In this document: piece after piece, positions 38,606-46,481 of the stretch
Layout: every line of letters starts with the position of its first letter
Numbering within the stretch: the first letter of the stretch is position 1
Origin: Octopus bimaculoides
Taxonomy: Eukaryota
DNA length: 46,481 nucleotides
Reading direction: 5' to 3'
Assembly (NCBI RefSeq): GCF_001194135.2
Contig: NC_068982.1
Coordinates: forward strand, 181,622,819 to 181,669,299
Made by a program: the position numbers and the translations under genes
The notes under the pieces: generated by a model
Databases searched by the model: none
Seen by the model: only the letters and a program-made list of their open reading frames with translations
What the model was told of the DNA's origin: nothing

Positions 38606-40550
38606 AATCTTACTAATGATGACATGGAATATATCTTTCATTATTTTTTAAAGGTAAAAGCTACCGAAGCAGTATCTGATAAACGATGTATTAGAAAATA
38701 TGGTCGATATTTATATTGAACTCCAAATCATCTTTTTATTTACAAAGATCTGCAACAGCTATGTTCCTGGATGGAAATCATGTAACATACTATGAATTGA
38801 GCATGTTACTTCCAATAAACTATGTACCTACACAATACTCTGGCGCAGAGTAGAGGCACATCATCAGGAATGGAGCAGACAGTTTCAGATACTAGGAAGG
38901 ACATCATTAATCACACAAATAGTATTTGAAAGAATCTATAGAGAAAACGTTCAATTGTTTGATGTATCTTGCTCGAATCATAATATACAAGTTGCTCTTA
39001 ATACTGAGTGTGCAGTTTACGTAGTTTATATATTCAAGGTTTTTAGTTTAAAGTAAACCAAACAAACCCCCCCCCCAAAAAAAAACACGATGATTCATAA
39101 GGCAAATGAAAGAATATTTGCAATATAAATACACTTTTTATGTAACTGTGTTAATAGATTTTCAAATCAAACAGAAAACAAAACCCACTTACCAAACAGA
39201 GCATAATTGATTTAAAAGCTTCTAACTAAAAGTTTTCAAAATGAGAGACAATGGGGTTCCAAACTGTTTTGTAAGCACACATCTTCACATTCACAACACT
39301 AGTTCGAAATTTATAAAATGATGTTTCATCATACGTAGCATTACCATAAACTAAAATAGAGAGAACATTACCTAGAGGAATAATGCTATCTGAAATTAGA
39401 ACGAATTAATAATTAAACGCCCGGGGTAGAAGCGTGCCTGGTAAATATTACTTTGAAACATAGGATTGGCCGTGTTAGCCTTAATCGAAGCTTTCTATGA
39501 TCAGAGTTATTTCCATATGAAGTGGAACCAGGCCTACAATACATTGTATCCCTTTTAAGAAAATAGATTGCTATTAGTGCGATAAGGCTATTATTTCTAG
39601 CAACAATGGGGATTATACGAAAGTTTCTACGTTGGTTTGGCTGGTTAGTGAAGTGGGAAACGATAGAAAGTAATTTAACCTTTACTACAGTAAACAAAAC
39701 AAAATGAAATATAAAGCTTTTAACGGTTTAAGGCATTAAATATGGTGTCAGTGTTTAACCCAGAACAACGAGATCTTGACTTTGATAGTGGAACAAATGC
39801 TGATAAAACGTGAATAAGTATTGTTGCCGATCCATTCGACTAAACAATCCTTTGAGACGGTGCATGACCGCAGTCTAATGACTGAAAGAAGTAAAAGGTG
39901 AAAGATAGAAGATAACGTGTCTAACATTTCTACTTGTATATATGTTTGGCTATATCGCATGAGTCATTTATATACAGGCGAGTCAGCTGCCAACGTGTTT
40001 TGAGGCTGTTAACGCTGATTTTTATTACAATTGACAACTTACTTTGAATGCCATGTCTTACAGGTATTCTATGTGAATTCTACACTAAGTCTGAATCAGC
40101 ACACAATTCAACATTATCTGTCATGATAAACACAACAATTTGATATTTGAATGAAGAAAATTTCTTGCGCCATAAGTGAAATTTAAGTAGCATGTGACTC
40201 ATAAACTGTCAGGTAATTAACAGAAATCTACATAAAATATCCTGTAATTCAATTCCTATCTGATAAGGTTCTCTAAGGCCCAATATGCAGTTTGATCAGA
40301 TTTATACTCTAAATTACTTCCACGCACTACTGGTGTATTTTACGGATATACTTCTATGTTAAAAGGTTGAATGCCTAGTTACAAATCATTCAAACTATTG
40401 TTATATTCGCCTCAGAGAAACATGGCATGTAAAATCAAATTCAGATTGAAAGAAAAAAATATACCCACAATGCTATGATGGGTGAAGTCAAACTCAAACA
40501 TAATTAAGTGGATCAAAGTACCTGATAAATTAATTGTGTGGATGCTATCC

Positions 40551-40597
40551 CAATGAACAGAGATATAAACAATGAACAGAGATATAAACAATGAACA
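40551..40597 (+). repeat. 19-bp tandem repeat, 2.5 perfect copies (caatgaacagagatataaa)
   Basis: Directly visible. Confidence 0.95.
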
Positions 40598-41389
40598 AAT
40601 GCAATAAAATATTCATCTGATTGTCGATAGCATTGCATGACATTAACAAAAAAAAGGATTTGATATAATGTTATAGCAGAAGCTTATAGAATAATATGTC
40701 CTTTATTGATTATATCAACTAAAGAGTCGAGTGTGTGCAGATGCTGAAATGATAGAATTTTTACAAGTTCTGAGTACAAGAAAAGAAATCTATTTTTACA
40801 GATCGACGAAACATTTTAATATATTTCAATGCTTCATTTTAGAAGACCTCTATGTCTATTGCCTCCTATATTCTTACCCACTTTATTGCTTGAGAATAAC
40901 TAATTTGCACTCGCACCCGGCCAAGCTAGATGTAATGTCAGCACTGTTTCTTGAACCAACCCTTCATTGCATCTCTTTTATCTTTATTTTTTTTTCATAA
41001 ACAGTTCTTTCTTATTCTTATCTTTGATAAGCAGATTCTTCATTCGTTTTGACACATAACCACCTCACTCTCATCCATTATTTCCGCCCTTTTCATTCGT
41101 TTCGACTCTAAACTATCACCACTCATTCAATATTTCTATCCGCTGTTGTCAATGACTGTTCCCCTCTCTTTTCTTTAAAACTTAATATTAATAAACATAT
41201 CTAGACAATTCGCATTTGCTATTCTACTCTCGAAAAGGAGTCCTACCTTACTTTAGCAATTTCATCAGGACGTCTCTCTGCACATGAACCTATGTAATCA
41301 GTCACACGTTACTCATGAGCATGGTTACTGCGTAAGTTATAGCCATCTTGAAATAGTTGTCTGGATAGAGCATAGTATATGTTTTTAAT

Positions 41390-42583
41390 CTTATCATATA
41401 ATCTGTATTCTTCACTTCATGCTTTTTGGTATCATTTTCAAATAGGCTTCAGTATCTGTTTTTTGTATCATTCCTAGAGATCCTACAATCACTGGTATGG
41501 TAATCGCTTTCAGATGCCACATTATTTTCAATTTCAATTAGCAAGTCTGGATATTTACTGATCCTGTCAAATTCTTTCGCCGCTATATTATGATCGCCAG
41601 GAATACTCATTTCAATAAACACATCTTTGTCTGATCTTTTATAACAATATCCGGTTCATTAGCCTTTATAGTTTTGTTGGTATGTACGGAGAAGTCCCAG
41701 AGAATTGACACATTTTCTCCCTCAATCACAGCTTCAGGATTGTGTTTATACTATTTGTCAGCGGATTTGATTTTATAATGCCGACATATTGTCCAGTGTA
41801 AATACTTGCCCACTCTGTCATGTCTTGATTTATATTCTATAGGTGCTAAGACTCTACACCCTGAGATTAGGTGGTCTATAGTTTCAATCGCATCGTTACA
41901 AAATCGGCATTTTGGGTCAGCTCCATTTTTTATCACATTGGCTTGGTAGTTCCGGTTAATAAGCTATGGTCTTCAGCAGCTAATATGAAACCTTCACTTT
42001 CTGCTTTTAGCCCTGAGCTTCGTAACCATTGATGCGTGTGTTTCTGGTCGACATCAGCTTGTTTGCTACGAGCCACATACTTGCCATGCAGAGGTTTCTG
42101 TTCCCATCTGCTAGCTAATTTTTCATGTGCTTTTGTCTTTGCAATTAATTTTATTTTCTTTGCAGCAACAGTTGGCGCATTTCCTTCAACCTGATCAATG
42201 TGGTAGGTATCTGAGCGATCAGTAGATAATTTTTTGCTCTCTTTCAGAATAGAGTGAAGTTTTTTTCGGTCTTTCATGTTTTTCAATATCCAATCGTTGG
42301 TTGTTTCAAGGTATTTAGCTATTCCGATTGTGGCGGTTTTGTACGTAAGCTCTAGCTGGGTCAAGCCTCAACCTCCCTGAGCTTTGGGAAGGAAAAGACG
42401 ATCCACGTCTGCCTTTGGATCGTGCATCTTATTACAAGTCAATAGCTTGCGGATTTTTCTATCAATCTTCATTATTTCACTGGTATTCCAGTTAAGCACA
42501 TTGAAGCTACAAAGAACAATTGGGACTGCTAAGGAATTTAGGGCTAACACCTTATTATATGCAGTCAGCTCAGACTTCAGACT
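41390..42583 (-). mobile_element. 5'-truncated R4/Dong-like RLE LINE (copy B)
   Basis: NKVLALNSLAVPIVLCSFNVLNW, DPKADVDRLFLPKAQGG, RWEQKPLHGKY, WLRSSGLKAESEGFILAAED, CCHC motif PKCRFCNDAIETIDHLISGC and RLE KANEPDIVI. A few stops and frameshifts. Confidence 0.93.
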
Positions 42584-42735
<152 letters not shown>

Positions 42736-42739
42736 GCGT

Positions 42740-43430
42740 CGCACAGTATACAATATCGTTAAGTTGTTGATTGAAGATATTGTGTCTACAGGGGGTTTGT
42801 ATTGTCAGTCACAAGAAGGACCTCGGACAAAGAGCACTTTATGCAATATGCGTAGAGTTCCAAGTAATACCGACTTTTGCAATACATCTAGATTGTAGAG
42901 TATTTCTAAGGCTTTCGGATGTCTTTTAGAGATTGGGTGGTATTGAACATAATGTTCCGATGACAATAGGGATAAACATTATGTAGCTGCCACATCTTAA
43001 CGATCTCAGTTCTAAGGTCTCCATATTTATCAAACTTTTCTTTTGCTTTCATGATGTTATGCTGATCTCTTAACACTGCCATGTCAATTATTAGGCAATT
43101 ATTGTTTGTCCCTCCTAAAGGTTACTATATCCGGCCATCGGTGCTCTAGCATCTTGTCTGTCTGGAAATCAAAGTCCCAGCAGATATTTAATTTCCTCTT
43201 TATATCTATTACCTTTTCCGGTATATGTTGGTACCAAGCACCATTAACCCCATATCCATACTTACGGCATTGTAGCCAGTGAAAACTTTGGTTTGCCTTG
43301 TCGTGTCTACGCTAGTACACTTTCTACGCAAGACCTTGGCAAATGGTAAGAATATGAGCCAGGTTATTGGCTTTCTTTCCACACACTCTGCAGAGGTCCG
43401 TTGCATTTGTGTGGTATGTATTCTTCTTCA
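42740..43430 (-). mobile_element. Older R4/Dong-like RLE LINE 3' fragment (copy A)
   Basis: Minus-strand QTDKMLEHRWPDIVT and EKFDKYGDLRTEIVKMWQL; degenerate zinc-finger region near 43300-43400. Confidence 0.75.
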
Positions 43431-46140
43431 CTGAGTTATTATTATTATTCCTGTCAAACTAGAAAAAAAAATCACGAATCTGTGTTACTTCAAATTATTT
43501 CAATTTGTGATTTTTTTCTTAAAGACAAATTCAAGTTATAAATCTTATAAACGTTCACTTCGTTTTGATGCGCGTATCATGTTTTTTTCTAGAAAATCAA
43601 TTCACAATATGTGCGAAAGTGCAATATATATGAATGATTATACACTTTAGATAGCGGATGTGTGAAACTTGCTAGATACTCTCAATTTTAAGTATTCCAG
43701 TTTGCAACACATGTTATTTAGTTGACGGTATAATTGTCTACTCTTGATTGATATTTATGTAACAGAAATTATTTCTCAGAAAGTAATGCCTTTTGTATTT
43801 CATTTTCTGCTTTTTTTAGAAAGTGTTCATTGCTGCGTTATGTTGTTGTAAGTGTTTAAGAGATCCCTACATGATAGGAGATCCTTTCATTGTTTTCGCA
43901 ATAATGCTTAGAAAGGAAGGCATAACACCTATAATTATTATAATATAGCTAATAGACAATTAGACTATTTTCTGAAAACATTTTTCTGCAACTGCGAGAC
44001 TAGTATAATGGAAAAGAAGAAATTATCATCAAACCAGAGACATATGACGCGAGGTTATGCGCTAAACCTGTTCACCATGCAAGATTACGAAATTTGATTT
44101 TAAATGGTCGATTCAACGTTCAGGTATAAACATTTGTCTCAGGGACTATTGAGTATGATTGAGCGTGGAACTTTGTAGTTGCTATGCAAATAACCCAACT
44201 ACATACTGAAAACTGAATTGCAGCTTTGAAGCTTATGAAAGAGACATTCGTAGATATATTTTAGGAGTTTGAAAAGAAAAGAAACAAAGCTTTTTCTTTT
44301 AGGATGTGTACTGATAAAACCCAAGGTTCAAAGCTTATCATGAAAGGAATTATGCATAATCTTCTTTGCCCTCTGTATGTTTACAAGGGAAATTGATTAA
44401 GACGGTATTGTAGACAGGGAATAAAGTTGGTTTAAGCAAACATTGATGTGCACCTGTTTAAATAGAATGCATGATGTATCATTCATCCGACGAATAAAGC
44501 GCAAACAGTGTTTTTATTTTATTTTAATCTGCCACACACCATATAAAGTATGAGTTGATATTGCTTGTTAGGCGTCAATCAGTACATGTTCAGAAAATCA
44601 ATGACGAAAGACCCCTCAATCATGATAAATGTGTATTTTTTGTTGTGTTTTTAACACCTCAGACCTTTGCTTTATGAACTAGAAGATTAGAGGGTTCTTA
44701 TTTCTATTAACGAATCCATGCAGTAAATTAGTCTGCTGTCATATAGAAATGGAGCGTATGAGTAGTGATTGAAGCGAGAAACTTCGCCTTATTCTGTTGC
44801 TGAAATCAATGGAAACAATATTGCTTACCCTGAATTATCAAAAGTAAGGCAAAATTGGTAGAATCATATTGCTTTGGCTTGTAAACTATGTTTAATAAAA
44901 TTATTAAACACTGAACATGATAAGAAACGGTATATGAAATGACAATAGCTGTGTTTTCTTTAAGCTGATCAGGGGGAATATATATGAAAAGTCAGTGCTC
45001 CGAAATATAGCTTGCGCTCACGTATGACAGTTCTGAAGTTCTTGACTTGTTGATAATTGCAGTAATACACTGCAGCAAAGGAGGAAAAGAAGTGATTATG
45101 AAATTCAAAAGAGACAAGAGGAGGGAACAATTTAAAGTAATTATAAGTTTGTTGAGTTGTTGGGAAGCCCTTTTTCTCAATAGTTAAGTACTTAAATTTG
45201 TTATGCCTGTGCGGTTTTATGTAGCTATTGGATGGTACAACATGTCATACCTCTTTTAATACAGAGTACGAGATTGTTGTTTTGCATGTGCATGGAGGCA
45301 TATGTCTGTATGTTTGTGCGTGCATACATAATTATACTTGTGTTTGCATGTACATATATGTATAACATATGTGTAAATTGGATGGAATATGTCAGTAACA
45401 AAAATGGTTGATTTTCACAATAAATAACATATACGTACTGGGAGATGAGATAATTGCCATGTATGACGGTACTGTAGTGACGGAGCAAGCGTGAGAGTCA
45501 GTGGCGTATACGTGGGCGGTAGAGCAGAGATTATGAAAGAAAGGAAACAAAGTCACATTGTTATCGAGTTCCGACTAACGTATTTCATAAGCAATGTTTC
45601 AAGAGGAGAATCGATTCTACGTGATCGCAGACATCTACTTTTGTAAAGAAAATTGAGTGCAAAATTATCCTGGGAAAAGAGTTTAATATAATTGTTTTCG
45701 AATGAACGAAGGCATTTGTAGTTTCCTAGATTGCAGAAAGTGATGGGTTAGGTCAGAGCAGAAACAAATTTCACGGATCACTAAGAATAAAATGCAAAGT
45801 TCCTTGTATATAACGTTGGTTGCTTTTATGGGTAACATTAGACACCATGCATATCTAGATAGAGAGAAGCACGTACACATACACATATAAAGAGACACAC
45901 AAACGAACACACACACACCCTACACATAGATCACTTTGCATTGTATAAGAGAAAAGTGACATCTGAATAATGGAAGTTTTGAGATATCATGAACCAAATG
46001 CATTCACTTATCTTTTATCTTGCCTTTATATTTTGCTTGTTCGAGTTATAAGATTGTGGCCAGGTTGGGGCTACATCTAATATTATGTGTATATATGTAA
46101 ATATACATACAGCAATATTCATACGTAAATATATGTATAT

Positions 46141-46481
46141 ATATTTATTTATTTATTTATTTATTTATTTATGTGTTTCAGCCAAGTGGCTGCGGTCATG
46201 CTGGTGCACCACCGTGATTTTCACGTTCCTCGCATGGCTCTTCTCCCCCACCTGACATGGTCCAATCAAGAGTTTTGATGGCACATCTGGTGTATAAGAG
46301 AATTTGACATAGCTGCCCTAAACTGCGTCTCATTACGAGCCATTGGTTCGTCTGGTACCGTGGAGAGGAAAGTGTCAAGTTTTGTCTTGAAGACCTCCGT
46401 ATCCATGTCTTGCATGTCTCTCAAATGTTTTGGCAGGGCATTGAAGAGCTGAGGTCCTCTGAAACCGAGGCTGCTGCAGTA
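46141..46481 (-). mobile_element. CR1/L2-like LINE 3' end, running off the window
   Basis: Open frame 46481-46266: YCSSLGFRGPQLFNALPKHLRDMQDMDTEVFKTKLDTFLSTVPDEPMARNETQFRAAMSNSLIHQM* (FN.LP..LR...FK..LD.FL pattern). Short 3' UTR and (TAAA)n tail at 46141-46172. Confidence 0.85.

Noticed and set aside
41200-41275. Minus-strand CTGATGA with a ttgcta/tagcaa stem (possible hammerhead)
   Set aside because: No intact GAAA box and no stem I pairing.
43458-43520. Imperfect inverted repeat agaaaaaaaaatcacgaat...atttgtgatttttttct
   Set aside because: The stem is mostly poly-A/T and is expected by chance in AT-rich DNA.

Overview
AT-rich, repeat-dense eukaryotic (animal) genomic DNA with three assembly gaps. 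The tRNA-headed SINE families, abundant simple repeats and LINE types resemble octopus/cephalopod repeats as I remember them; this is an inference and no database search was run. I recognise no host protein-coding gene, and most ORF-track entries are microsatellite, gap or antisense-to-transposon artefacts. The window is a layered deposit of decayed mobile elements: four Tc1/mariner-superfamily DNA transposon remnants (two mariner-like, one with D-36-E spacing, one with D-41-D spacing), four R4/Dong-like RLE LINE fragments (three bounded by (AAT)n), a rearranged L1/Tx1-like LINE complex interrupted by a hAT-type MITE, Penelope-like fragments with hammerhead-ribozyme-like motifs, a CR1/L2-like LINE 3' end with an open frame, and at least six SINEs. 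The most interesting signals are the hammerhead-like motifs on both strands near 20.7-21.0 kb, a 74-bp near-perfect palindrome at 33477-33550, repeated microsatellite-targeted LINE nesting, an inverted SINE pair, and a speculative phase-compatible chain of + strand exons. I found no firm evidence for a wholly new biological system.
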